Origin: an uncultured bacterium
Lineage (GTDB): Bacteria > Patescibacteriota > Minisyncoccia > UBA6257 > GWB1-50-10
Direction: 5' to 3'
NCBI GenBank assembly: GCA_963768835.1
Contig: CAVYJB010000002.1
Span: 72,230-136,229 of the forward strand
DNA length: 64,000 nt
The translations under genes and the position numbers were made by a program. This document shows, piece after piece, positions 28,950 to 38,209 of the stretch (positions are counted from its first letter, which is position 1; the number at the start of each line of letters is the position of its first letter). Under the pieces are notes generated by a model that did no database searches, was not told the DNA's origin, and was given only the letters and a program-made list of their open reading frames with translations.

Positions 28950-29915
28950 CTAGTGGAGCGCAAACGGATTTTTGGCTCCAAGTACCTCGAAGTGCACGTG
29001 GCACCCCGCGGGTCCGTCCGCGTTCCCGGTGTCTCCCATAAGCCCGATTGTCTGTCCCTGCGTCACGTAGTCACCGATTTTCACGAGAACCTTTCCGAGG
29101 TGTGCGTAGCGCGTCTTCGTCCCGTTCGGGTGCTCGACAAGCACGAAGATCCCGTACCCTCCGTTCCACCCGTCGGTACCGTCCCCCAGTTGGTCGTCCG
29201 GGATTACAAGTCCTTCCGCAGCAGCGTGAACTTCGGTCCCGCACTTGTTCGCGATATCCACCGCGTTCACCGGATGGAGCTGGCCCCAGTTCCATCCCTG
29301 GGCCGGCAAGATAAAGTAGTCCTTGAGGTCGGGGAGCGCCCCGGTAGTAGTATTTGCGCCCGCGGCAAGCTTCGCGTCAGGTTTCGCATAGGGAATAACG
29401 ACGGCACCGGTTCCGGCCGCAAAAATCTCCTGATATCCTGGGTTGTACTGGCGGACAAGGTCCGGATCCACTCCGTAATGAGCGGCCACCGAATCCACGG
29501 AATCGCCCGCGTTGATGCTCAGGAGAAAGCCGGAAACCGGAAGAATCGTAAGTTGTTCTCCCACGTGGATCCCCGCCTTGAGACCTCCGTTGGCGGCCCG
29601 GACCGTCTGCGTGTCCACGCCGAACTGAGCCGCTATCTTCGCGAGCGTGTCACCCTTCCGGACGGTGTACTGCACGAGGCCGTTCCCGGAACGCGTGAGG
29701 TTTGTGAGAGGACTCGCCTGCGCCACCGCGAGGCCCGCGCCTGCCCACACGCCATCCGTTCCTCCCACGGGCGACACCGACGTGAGTTCCTCTCCGAACA
29801 CCGCGACCGAGTCATTGGTGGGGGCTACCAATGGCCCTCCGGACCCGCGGTACCAACTGGTTTGGCCCGATACTCCGTGACTCAAGGCGGTAAGCGCCAC
29901 GATATTCGCGGCCAC
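28950..29915 (-). CDS. LysM-domain M23-family peptidase (peptidoglycan DD-endopeptidase-like)
   Basis: Two LysM repeats (YTVRKGDTLAKIAAQFGVD..., VAAHYGVDPDLVRQYN) and a C-terminal M23 domain (HxxxD...HLHFEV-like 'CHVHFEV'). Confidence 0.8.
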   Translation of the reverse strand: MAANIVALTALSHGVSGQTSWYRGSGGPLVAPTNDSVAVFGEELTSVSPVGGTDGVWAGAGLAVAQASPLTNLTRSGNGLVQYTVRKGDTLAKIAAQFGVDTQTVRAANGGLKAGIHVGEQLTILPVSGFLLSINAGDSVDSVAAHYGVDPDLVRQYNPGYQEIFAAGTGAVVIPYAKPDAKLAAGANTTTGALPDLKDYFILPAQGWNWGQLHPVNAVDIANKCGTEVHAAAEGLVIPDDQLGDGTDGWNGGYGIFVLVEHPNGTKTRYAHLGKVLVKIGDYVTQGQTIGLMGDTGNADGPAGCHVHFEVLGAKNPFALH

Positions 29916-30059
29916 CGCGAGGAATAGAAAGAGAAGCGACCAAAGACTGGTCGTGTGAAGATAGCCCTTCGCGCGGGCAATAATAGTTAGAGTGAGCGTA
30001 CGAATGGTGCTACTATACCATACACGGGAGCAGGAATCAATTTATTCAAGAAATCGCAT

Positions 30060-30869
30060 ATGCGAGCCAAACTCGGGCAACATTTTCTCACCGACCGCGT
30101 TAAACTAAGGAGTATCGCGGCCGCGCTTGCACCCACGAAGGGGGAGGTTGTAATTGAAATTGGCCCGGGGCATGGGGAGCTCACGCGCGAACTTGTGGGG
30201 TTCGGGGCTCGCGTAATCGCGATTGAGAAGGACGTCCTCTTGGCGGAAAAACTATCGAATCCAAGAAAGGGGGTGGAGAATAACGTTGAGGTTGTTGTGG
30301 GGGATGCGTTAAGGGTTCTCCCGCAGCTCGTAAGTAGATATGGGCTTGGAAAAGCCCAACTTTATCTGCTTGCCGGCAATATCCCCTACAGCATCACCGG
30401 ACGACTTCTCCGAACGCTCGCCGAGCTTTCCGAGAAACCCGTACGGACTGTCTTAACCATTCAGCGAGAGGTCGCGGAGCGGGCAGTGTCCGAACCGCCA
30501 CGAATGAACCTGCTGGCGGCCACTATTCAAGTCTGGGCGGCGTGCCACATTGTGGGCTATATCCCGAGTTCAGCTTTCATGCCGCCCCCAAAAGTGGGGT
30601 CTGCGATTATTCTTCTGGAAACCAGACTTAAGGAACCCCCAGCGAACTACTACGTACTAACTCGAGCTCTTTTTCGACAGCCGCGGAAGACTATTTTAAA
30701 CAATCTCGTTGCTGGAAGTGAAATGTTGGGGTTCCCGAACCGTCCCACAGCGGAGAAGTGGCTTCAGAAACTCAAAATTGATCCCTCCGCGCGCGCCCAG
30801 GAGCTTTCCGTCGACACGCTCACGCGTCTCGCGGAAGCGTTACCGAGTTCTAGATCTCGCCTTAAGTAA
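30060..30869 (+). CDS. rsmA: 16S rRNA (adenine1518/1519-N6)-dimethyltransferase
   Basis: 'LGQHFLTD' N-terminal motif and 'VIEIGPGHGELT' SAM-binding motif. Confidence 0.85.
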   Translation: MRAKLGQHFLTDRVKLRSIAAALAPTKGEVVIEIGPGHGELTRELVGFGARVIAIEKDVLLAEKLSNPRKGVENNVEVVVGDALRVLPQLVSRYGLGKAQLYLLAGNIPYSITGRLLRTLAELSEKPVRTVLTIQREVAERAVSEPPRMNLLAATIQVWAACHIVGYIPSSAFMPPPKVGSAIILLETRLKEPPANYYVLTRALFRQPRKTILNNLVAGSEMLGFPNRPTAEKWLQKLKIDPSARAQELSVDTLTRLAEALPSSRSRLK

Positions 30870-30990
30870 CAACGCGCGATTTTTTCTTATTTCTCGCCTT
30901 CAATAGGCTCTTGAGGGCCGTTCTTCTGTGCACAAATAGTGTATAATTAAATAGGAAAAATCCCATTTTTCGTATTTGGGAACGCCAACT

Positions 30991-31796
30991 ATGCAGAAAG
31001 GGAAAGCTATAGCCATTTTTATACTCCTCATGGGGCAGGGGTCTCTTTTCTCCTCCTCCGGGGGGGTGGGGCTTCAACGAGCCAGGCCTCTTTCTTGGGA
31101 ATGGCGACGGCAGGGACTAATAATCCTTCCCTCGCGTTCCTCCAGACCCCCCCCGTGCCGACTCCGACCGGCGAGAGCACCTCTTCTGCGCCGTCTACGC
31201 TCGACCCGAATAACATGACCGACGCGCTCGCCGCGACGTATCTTCAGGGCCTTTTCTCCGCGAACACCGATGCCACACAAGCACCGGACGCGCAGCACCC
31301 CCTGAAAGCTCCGGGCGGAGATACGCTCAGCCAATCCATCCAAGATGCCACATCCCAGGGGCTCGGCGTGAAACCTTTCACCACGCAGGATCTCCAGATT
31401 TCAGACGACACCTCGTCTGACGCGCAGCGAACTTATTTGGGAGCGACGAATGAAATACTTCGAGAGCGCTTCCAGAACGGCGCCTTGAATTTCCCAACCG
31501 CTCTCCAGGAGCTTGTTTCAAATCAAAATTCAGACCCCATGCTAAAACTTCTCGAAGCTACGGCAGGCGCGACAGGCGATCTCCTCGCGCTCGCCGTGCC
31601 CCAGCCTCTCGCAGATTTTCACCTTCGTCTTCTAAATCTTTTTCGCACGCAACAAAGCATTTATGGCGCGCTCATGAACTCCGACAGCGATCCTCTTCAG
31701 GCCTACACTGCCATGAACCAGATTGCCCCCTCCCAACAGGATGCGGTGGCCCTACAAACCATACTCCAAGAAAAATCTACGGAGCTGGGGCTCTAG
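30991..31796 (+). CDS. hypothetical secreted protein, apparently frameshifted at a G7 tract
   Basis: The signal-peptide-like N-terminus (MQKGKAIAIFILLMGQGSLFSSSGG) is in one frame (ORF 30976-31218), while the body (ORF 31095-31796, Thr/Ser/Pro-rich) is in another; the frames meet at GGGGGGG (31060-31066). Confidence 0.35.
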
Positions 31797-31817
31797 AAAC
31801 GGGGTTGGGAAATTAAG

Positions 31818-33467
31818 ATGAAACGACGTATCGCCACAATTGTAATTGCATTCACAACGCTGCTCGCAACAACGGGTATCGGAGGTTTTACACAAATTCC
31901 AGTTGCGCAGGCGCAGGTCCCCGTCACTGATGTCGGAGCGATTGGGGCCACGATCACGGGATGGTTGCAACAAGCCGGGCGCTTCACTCTCGATACTCTC
32001 TACAAGACCCTTCTTGGAGAATTAAAGCGCCGTCTCCTTAGTACTATTACAGACCAGACGGTAGCCTGGATCCGGGGCGGTCCCGGTAGTGGCCCCCCGC
32101 GTTTCATCACGAACTTTGGAGACACGATCATCCAAGCCACCAATGCGGCGGTGGGGGACACCCTCGTTGCAATTGGAGCGGGCCAGCTCTGCCAAGGCCT
32201 TTCCGCACGCCTCATTCTCCAGCTCACCCAGCCTAGTTTCCAGCTTCAAACGGCCTGCACGCTCACGCAGGTAGTTCAAAATGTTCAAGCATTTGCTAAC
32301 AATTTTGAGGCTGGGGGCTGGATTGGATACCAAGAAGCGTGGGCGCCACAGAACAATATCTTTGGGGCCTCGCTCCTCGCAAACGATCAGCTTATTACGA
32401 ACATTAATAAGCGCCAGACGGCGAACGCCCAAGAAAACGTGGCGAATAACAGCTTCCTCGCGACAAAGAAATGTCAGTGGTGGTCTCTCTATAATACTGA
32501 CGGGGCGACACCGATTATAAACCCCACCAATGGGAGTCAGTACGGCGAACCAGCTGATTCCTACGACGATCCCCAAAACCCCCCGCCCTCGGGCTGGAAC
32601 GGCGCACCTGCGGGAATTTGGAAGTGCACGACGGACTACAACTCAACGCCTGGCCACACGATTGCGATGGGGCTTCAAAAAGCGGTTTATGCGGACACGG
32701 ACTTTATCATCAGCTCAAATGAAATTACAGATGTTATTGGTGCCATCATCGACGCCGCTATCAATCGTCTTGCCCAGGCGGGGGTAGAGGGTATCGTCGG
32801 AATGCGACAATCCGAGACCACGACGGGGACGGGAAATCCCAACCGCGCGAACCCAGGATTGTATATCACAACATCGACGCAGTTAGCGAGCAGCAGCTGG
32901 GGCGGTCTTACGAACGCCACCTTCCAACAAACGAAACAGACCTACGTGACCCAGATCAGCAATGCACTCACGGCACTCTCACATGCATCACAACAGTTCC
33001 TGGCTGTCCGCGCCACCGTGACTCAACTCCAGACAGCTCTCTGCGCACCCGCAGCGACGGCGGGAGGATGCACGCCAAACAGTCTTGTCCAGTGCATCCA
33101 GACACGCACCACGCCCCCCACCAACCCGCCTGCGGTTTGGGACGATCTCCCTTGGGCTACAAACTCTTACAACACTACGCTTCCGCTTCCTGCCCAGATT
33201 AACGGTGGATATACCCAAACCCAACCAGCAGTGCCACCACCCACTCCACCGACTCCCACGCTCTACGACCTCCTCGTCCAAATCCAAAATACCGTCAACA
33301 ACGCCCAGAGCTACGCCGACCTTACCGCCGCAGGTACCGACCAGATCACCTCTCTCTATCAACAAGCGCTCACGCTTGATAGCCAGGCTACCGGCCTCGC
33401 TTCCCAGGAAGCCACCACTCTCACAGACGTTAACAGCCGCCTTTTTAGCTGCGAGGCCACCCCATGA
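31818..33467 (+). CDS. large secreted hypothetical protein (T4SS-like locus)
   Basis: 549 aa with an N-terminal signal peptide, Thr/Gln/Asn-rich, and a Pro-rich patch near the C-terminus; no recognised domain. Confidence 0.5.
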   Translation: MKRRIATIVIAFTTLLATTGIGGFTQIPVAQAQVPVTDVGAIGATITGWLQQAGRFTLDTLYKTLLGELKRRLLSTITDQTVAWIRGGPGSGPPRFITNFGDTIIQATNAAVGDTLVAIGAGQLCQGLSARLILQLTQPSFQLQTACTLTQVVQNVQAFANNFEAGGWIGYQEAWAPQNNIFGASLLANDQLITNINKRQTANAQENVANNSFLATKKCQWWSLYNTDGATPIINPTNGSQYGEPADSYDDPQNPPPSGWNGAPAGIWKCTTDYNSTPGHTIAMGLQKAVYADTDFIISSNEITDVIGAIIDAAINRLAQAGVEGIVGMRQSETTTGTGNPNRANPGLYITTSTQLASSSWGGLTNATFQQTKQTYVTQISNALTALSHASQQFLAVRATVTQLQTALCAPAATAGGCTPNSLVQCIQTRTTPPTNPPAVWDDLPWATNSYNTTLPLPAQINGGYTQTQPAVPPPTPPTPTLYDLLVQIQNTVNNAQSYADLTAAGTDQITSLYQQALTLDSQATGLASQEATTLTDVNSRLFSCEATP

Positions 33468-35761
33468 AGAAACGGTCTATCACTTCTGTAGTTTTAGTCG
33501 GGGGGATCCTTGTCCTCCTTCTATTTGCGGTCCCGCACGCCGTGCATGCACAGATGATTGAGAAAATCGCAAGCAGCGTTGTTACGACCCTCGCAAGCGG
33601 CATTGGATACATCATCGCCTACATCGGCGCCGTCCTTATCGCGTTCGCAAGCGCATGCCTCCAATTCGCCGCCGGTTTGAACCAGAACGTCCTCTCGGTA
33701 ACCCTGAACCCCATTGTGGGGATTGGGTGGGACGTTGTCCGTGACGTCGCGAACCTCGGATTCGTCCTCGTCATCATTATTGTGGCAATCGGAACAATGC
33801 TCCGCCTCCCTTCCTACCAAGCAAAGAAGCTTCTGCCCCGCCTCATCGCCGCTGCTATCATCGTGAACTTTAGTTTTGCCATCGCCTCAGTTTTTGTGAA
33901 CTTCGGGAACACCCTCGGGAGCTTCTTCCTTTCGCGCGCGACAGGGAATGGCGCTTTCTCTATCGCGAACACTATCGTGGGCGCCTTTAATCCGCAGAAG
34001 TTCATGCTCCAAATCGACCAGCAATCAGGAAATCCCATTCCCCCAAATCCAGAGGTTGAGCAGGGAGGGCTTACCACCTTCAGCGCGGCCACGCTCGTCA
34101 GCATCGCATCTATCATCTTTGTCGCGGTTTTCTCCTTCCTTATGGCGTTCGTGCTGCTCGCGATGGCCCTCATGTTCATTATGCGTTTTCTCCATATAAC
34201 ATTCCTTGTCATCATCTCTCCTATCATCTGGCTTTTTTGGGTTATTCCGCCTCTCTCCACCCAGTTTAATAAATGGTGGAACAGCTTCTTGAAGTGGGTG
34301 TTCTTTGCCCCGACCGCCTCCTTCTTTATTTATCTCTCGCTCATCTCACTCCAGCGTATGAACGCGGTAGGAAGTACTTTTCTCCAGGGCATCCCAGTAA
34401 GTGTTTTTAGTGTGTTTGGCAGTACGTTGGGCGGTGTTCTTATTCTGGGTCTTCAGATGATCGTCATTGGAGGTCTCCTTGTAGGCGGCATCATCGTGGC
34501 TCAGAGCATGGGTATCGCGGGCGCGGCAGGTGCGATGAGTATCCTCAACAAGACGAAGGGGTCTGTGCAAGCGTGGGCCGGCCGGAAGGGCCGTCAGGCC
34601 GCGACCGCCCCACTCCGTGTCGATACCGGCAAGAAAGTGACGGACTGGATGCAAGCGGAAGGAAAAGGGAGTTTTGGGAAACTCATCCATAATCCTCTAA
34701 CGCAACAGATTGGCGCGGTTGCAAGTCGTTTCGCCGCTACAGGCGAGAAACTTCCTTCGCAGGCTAAGTCGCGCGTGGATGCGTTCGGAAGCGATGCGCG
34801 CGCGGCGAAAGCATATCACACACTTGATGCCCCGGGGAAAATCGCTCTTGTGGAGAAACTCACCAAGAACAACTCGATGAACCTCTTGCCGCAATCGGCG
34901 AAAGAGGACCTTTTGAAAGATGAGCAAAGTCGAAAACTCTTCGAGCGGTATGATAAGAAAAAGGCGTTTGGAGATGCCGAGAAAGGCTTGGGAATAAATG
35001 TCGAGACGTATCAAGCCATACAGGGCAATAAGTCGACACGGGAAACAGCGCTGAAAGAAAAGGAAGATATTAAGAAACGGGGCGGGGAGGAGGGTGGCGA
35101 GATTGGGAGGCGCTGGTCTCAAGCGAAAGAAGAGGAAAAGAAAGCCGCAGAGGAAGGACGTCTCGACGAAGCGCTCGATGCGCGAAAGCGAGCTGACAGC
35201 TATGCGGAGCAGGGAGGTGCTGGGCTAAAAGATAGGGCGGACGCTTTCGAGAAAGCGGAGGAAGCTCAGCGCAACGCGGAACGGCCTGCTGTCGAAGCAT
35301 TCCAGAAGTGGCACTCCACTTGGAAGCCGGATGATTATGCGAAGTTCCCTGTGAATGACATTTATGGAGAAAAAGTTGTTGACAAGGGTAAGCCGACCGA
35401 ACGCACGGAGTACTCTCATGGCCTAGATCCGGAAACCGTCCGAATGCTACGCGAGGTTAGCGTTCAGGGTGCTGCGGCTAACAATGTCGGTTCTCTTCGA
35501 CCTCTTCTTAGGAATGCGAAGGCGGAGAACTTCGATCGGGTGGCGCGCTCCATCGACAATTTGGTTTATATTCTAAGACGGGGGACTAGAGATGAGCAGT
35601 CGAGAGCAGATCAAATCTTATCAATGCAAAAAAGTGCTCTCGCGTGGAGAAGCCTTGGTATTGAACAGCCCCTAAAAACTGAAGCGGCTGAGGATACAGG
35701 TGGAGCTGGCGCGCCACCCGCTCCAGCGGCGGGTGGAGGCGGTGGTGCCCCCAAGCCTTAA
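33464..35761 (+). CDS. VirB6/TrbL-like polytopic membrane protein with long charged C-terminal tail
   Basis: 765 aa; a signal peptide and 8 or more TM helices in the first ~380 aa, then a Lys/Glu-rich coiled region ending in a Gly-rich tail; 4-nt overlap with the upstream gene. Confidence 0.5.
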   Translation: MKKRSITSVVLVGGILVLLLFAVPHAVHAQMIEKIASSVVTTLASGIGYIIAYIGAVLIAFASACLQFAAGLNQNVLSVTLNPIVGIGWDVVRDVANLGFVLVIIIVAIGTMLRLPSYQAKKLLPRLIAAAIIVNFSFAIASVFVNFGNTLGSFFLSRATGNGAFSIANTIVGAFNPQKFMLQIDQQSGNPIPPNPEVEQGGLTTFSAATLVSIASIIFVAVFSFLMAFVLLAMALMFIMRFLHITFLVIISPIIWLFWVIPPLSTQFNKWWNSFLKWVFFAPTASFFIYLSLISLQRMNAVGSTFLQGIPVSVFSVFGSTLGGVLILGLQMIVIGGLLVGGIIVAQSMGIAGAAGAMSILNKTKGSVQAWAGRKGRQAATAPLRVDTGKKVTDWMQAEGKGSFGKLIHNPLTQQIGAVASRFAATGEKLPSQAKSRVDAFGSDARAAKAYHTLDAPGKIALVEKLTKNNSMNLLPQSAKEDLLKDEQSRKLFERYDKKKAFGDAEKGLGINVETYQAIQGNKSTRETALKEKEDIKKRGGEEGGEIGRRWSQAKEEEKKAAEEGRLDEALDARKRADSYAEQGGAGLKDRADAFEKAEEAQRNAERPAVEAFQKWHSTWKPDDYAKFPVNDIYGEKVVDKGKPTERTEYSHGLDPETVRMLREVSVQGAAANNVGSLRPLLRNAKAENFDRVARSIDNLVYILRRGTRDEQSRADQILSMQKSALAWRSLGIEQPLKTEAAEDTGGAGAPPAPAAGGGGGAPKP

Positions 35762-35771
35762 ACCAAAACCC

Positions 35772-36935
35772 ATGATTACACCCTCACGACAACAGTTGCT
35801 CGAACGGCTCGATCTCCTTACACCACCCCTTAAGGACGTGCTTTTCGACCCCGCTGTCGGAGAACTCTTGGAGAGTATCGGAAAGCGATATGGTTGGGAA
35901 CAAAAAAAGACCGATTCTCTTTTTCGTGTTCTCACCAACCTCCTCTTCGGCTTCCTTCCGCCCGGCGATTTCGTGAAGGAGGTTCAGTCGTCGGTCGGAC
36001 TCGACGCATCCACAACCGAATCGGTCGTGGAGGAGTTAAACCTCAAGATTCTGGGGAAGGTGGACCGTGAACTCAAAAATTTCCACCAGACAGTTTTGAA
36101 AACCCCGGGTGGCGGAGGAAGCCTGCCTCCCCGGAAAACCATCTCTATCGACACCTTAGGTGGAGCCGGCGGAGAACGGACAGTCCGCGTGGAGCGGGTG
36201 GAAGAGAAACCGAAATCTCCGACCACACCGAAGTCGGCTTCTGACACATCGAGTGCACCTTTTATTCTCCATTCTGAAAAATCGGCCGTCGAGTCAAATC
36301 AGCCAGCACGGCGAGGGTTCTCTCTCTCCTCTCTGCGACTCTTCGGCTCCGGACCCCGATTGTCCGCCGAGAAAGAACCGGTAAGGGTCCAGGTTGAGAC
36401 GCCGGACAAAGAGAAAGACGCGAAGCGTGTTGTGCACTATAACGAACTCCACACTCCACTTACGCCTTTCACGAAGGAGGGGGTTACAAACTTCTCACCC
36501 CTTGGAGGCTTTGTCACGGAGCAACCACGCCCCGCAACACCTCCGGTATCCGCATCACCCGCATCGATGTCTACGACCGCATCGGTTCCCAAGACGGCTC
36601 CTCTCGCACCCTTTTCTGTAAAACCACCGGAATCAAGACTTGTGCCGCCGCCACCAAAACCTCCCACATTTCCGGCACCGAGCCCGGCTCGTCCATCATC
36701 TCCGATGATTCCTCCGTCCTCACCTTCGGCACTCCGACCAGTCGACAACGGTCCTGCTCCCTCCCCGATCCGACCAGCGCCTCCTGCATTTCCTGCTTCT
36801 TCCCAGGGATCCGCACCCGCCACGCCTCCCAAGGTTCCTCCTACGCCCTTTTCCCCGACTGAATTCGGAAGGCCCACCCCAAAGTTAGAAGGCAATACCG
36901 TCGACCTAAGCAAGCGGGAGAGGAACACCCCATAA
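35772..36935 (+). CDS. hypothetical protein with Pro-rich C-terminal half
   Basis: ORF 35700-36935; start taken at MITPSRQQLL; the C-terminal ~150 aa are Pro/Ser/Ala low-complexity. Confidence 0.4.
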   Translation: MITPSRQQLLERLDLLTPPLKDVLFDPAVGELLESIGKRYGWEQKKTDSLFRVLTNLLFGFLPPGDFVKEVQSSVGLDASTTESVVEELNLKILGKVDRELKNFHQTVLKTPGGGGSLPPRKTISIDTLGGAGGERTVRVERVEEKPKSPTTPKSASDTSSAPFILHSEKSAVESNQPARRGFSLSSLRLFGSGPRLSAEKEPVRVQVETPDKEKDAKRVVHYNELHTPLTPFTKEGVTNFSPLGGFVTEQPRPATPPVSASPASMSTTASVPKTAPLAPFSVKPPESRLVPPPPKPPTFPAPSPARPSSPMIPPSSPSALRPVDNGPAPSPIRPAPPAFPASSQGSAPATPPKVPPTPFSPTEFGRPTPKLEGNTVDLSKRERNTP

Positions 36936-36971
36936 CAGCCTCGCGCTTGTGAGTGGGAACTGGACGAAAAA

Positions 36972-37532
36972 ATGAGTATTAGCCCCGCATTACTAGCCGT
37001 CGACCCCCATTCACCAACTTTCGATATCATGGCCACTTTCCAAGTACCACAATTTATTGAGCAGAAGCCAAAGATCGTCGGATTTCTAACGCTCCCGCAG
37101 TTTCTCTACGTAGCGGCGGCTACGGTTCTTATCTTCGCGTTCTACTTTGCCTTCACTTTCTTCATTTGGATGCTGCTCTCCGTCGTCATCGCAACTTTCG
37201 CAATCTCATTCGCCTTCGTGAAAGTCGGCGGACAGCCGTTCCCCCTCATTTTCCGCAGCGCCGTAGGATACATCTGGGCTCCCCGGCGTTATACGTGGCA
37301 ACGAGCTATGCCACAGACATCTCTCGATATCTCAAGCCTTGAGAAACTAGAGGCGATGCGAAAACGAATGACTCTTGAAGAACGCATCAAATCCGTTGCG
37401 CTCGGTATCACGACCGGGAAAATGTTCTCTCTTAACCAGTTTCGGACGCAAACAACTAAAGAGAGCCCTCATTATCAGGTCGTAACCTACATTACCGGCG
37501 AGCGGAAGCTCGCAAAGCGGATCGATTACTAA
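36972..37532 (+). CDS. VirB3/PrgI-like small membrane protein
   Basis: 186 aa with two adjacent TM helices, located immediately upstream of the VirB4 gene, as in Gram-positive-type T4SS loci. Confidence 0.4.
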   Translation: MSISPALLAVDPHSPTFDIMATFQVPQFIEQKPKIVGFLTLPQFLYVAAATVLIFAFYFAFTFFIWMLLSVVIATFAISFAFVKVGGQPFPLIFRSAVGYIWAPRRYTWQRAMPQTSLDISSLEKLEAMRKRMTLEERIKSVALGITTGKMFSLNQFRTQTTKESPHYQVVTYITGERKLAKRIDY

Positions 37533-37533
37533 C

Positions 37534-38196
37534 ATGGCTGAACCTTCACTCCCAACTCAAAAGTTTGTCGACATCAAGGAGATTCGCAATGGCGTTCTCT
37601 ACCTCAAAAGCGGGGGTCTGCGCCAAGTCCTTATTGTTAGCGGGGTGAACTTCGACTTGAAATCCGAGGCGGAGCAGAACCTTATCCTTGTGGGGTTCCA
37701 GAACTTCTTGAACAGTCTCGACTTCTCTATCCAGCTCTTCGTCCACTCTCGAAAGGTCAACGTGGACGCCTATCTCCAATCCATCGAGGCTCGTCGCGAG
37801 GAAGAAACGAACGAGCTTCTCCAGATCCAAATCGGGGAATACATTCAGTTTATCCGCGCGTTCGTGGAACAAAATACCATCATCGCAAAGACATTTTTTG
37901 TGGTAGTCCCTTATGAGACAACCCCCGCCGTCGAACCCACGAAACAGCTTCTCTCGTTCCTGAGGCCTTCGGGCCCGAAGCCCGATGCAGGGACAAATCT
38001 CCAGGAAGTCCTGGATCAGCTAACCCGCCGCGTGGCACAGATAGTCGAAGGGCTTGAGGTGATCGGTCTCCGCGCCGCACTCCTCGAAGATGAGGAGCTC
38101 ACGGAACTGTTCTATAATCTGTACAACCCACAGCTTACGGAGAAAAAAACCTTAGAGATCGCCAGAGAGAAGCACCCACGGAAGTCCTCCCCCTAA
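37534..38196 (+). CDS. VirB4-family ATPase, N-terminal domain fragment
   Basis: 220 aa resembling the VirB4/PrgJ N-terminal domain; it ends at a stop 13 nt before the ATPase ORF, which is in a different frame. Confidence 0.55.
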   Translation: MAEPSLPTQKFVDIKEIRNGVLYLKSGGLRQVLIVSGVNFDLKSEAEQNLILVGFQNFLNSLDFSIQLFVHSRKVNVDAYLQSIEARREEETNELLQIQIGEYIQFIRAFVEQNTIIAKTFFVVVPYETTPAVEPTKQLLSFLRPSGPKPDAGTNLQEVLDQLTRRVAQIVEGLEVIGLRAALLEDEELTELFYNLYNPQLTEKKTLEIAREKHPRKSSP

Positions 38197-38209
38197 CACA
38201 CCCGCTACC

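Noticed and set aside
28914-29927. 337-aa + strand ORF overlapping the LysM-M23 peptidase gene
   Set aside because: The minus-strand product has two LysM repeats and an M23 catalytic domain; the + strand product is Arg/Val/Pro-rich without domains.
36437-37036. 199-aa minus-strand ORF antisense to the Pro-rich protein gene
   Set aside because: It is the mirror of a Pro-rich region, encoding Gly-rich low complexity; a shadow ORF.
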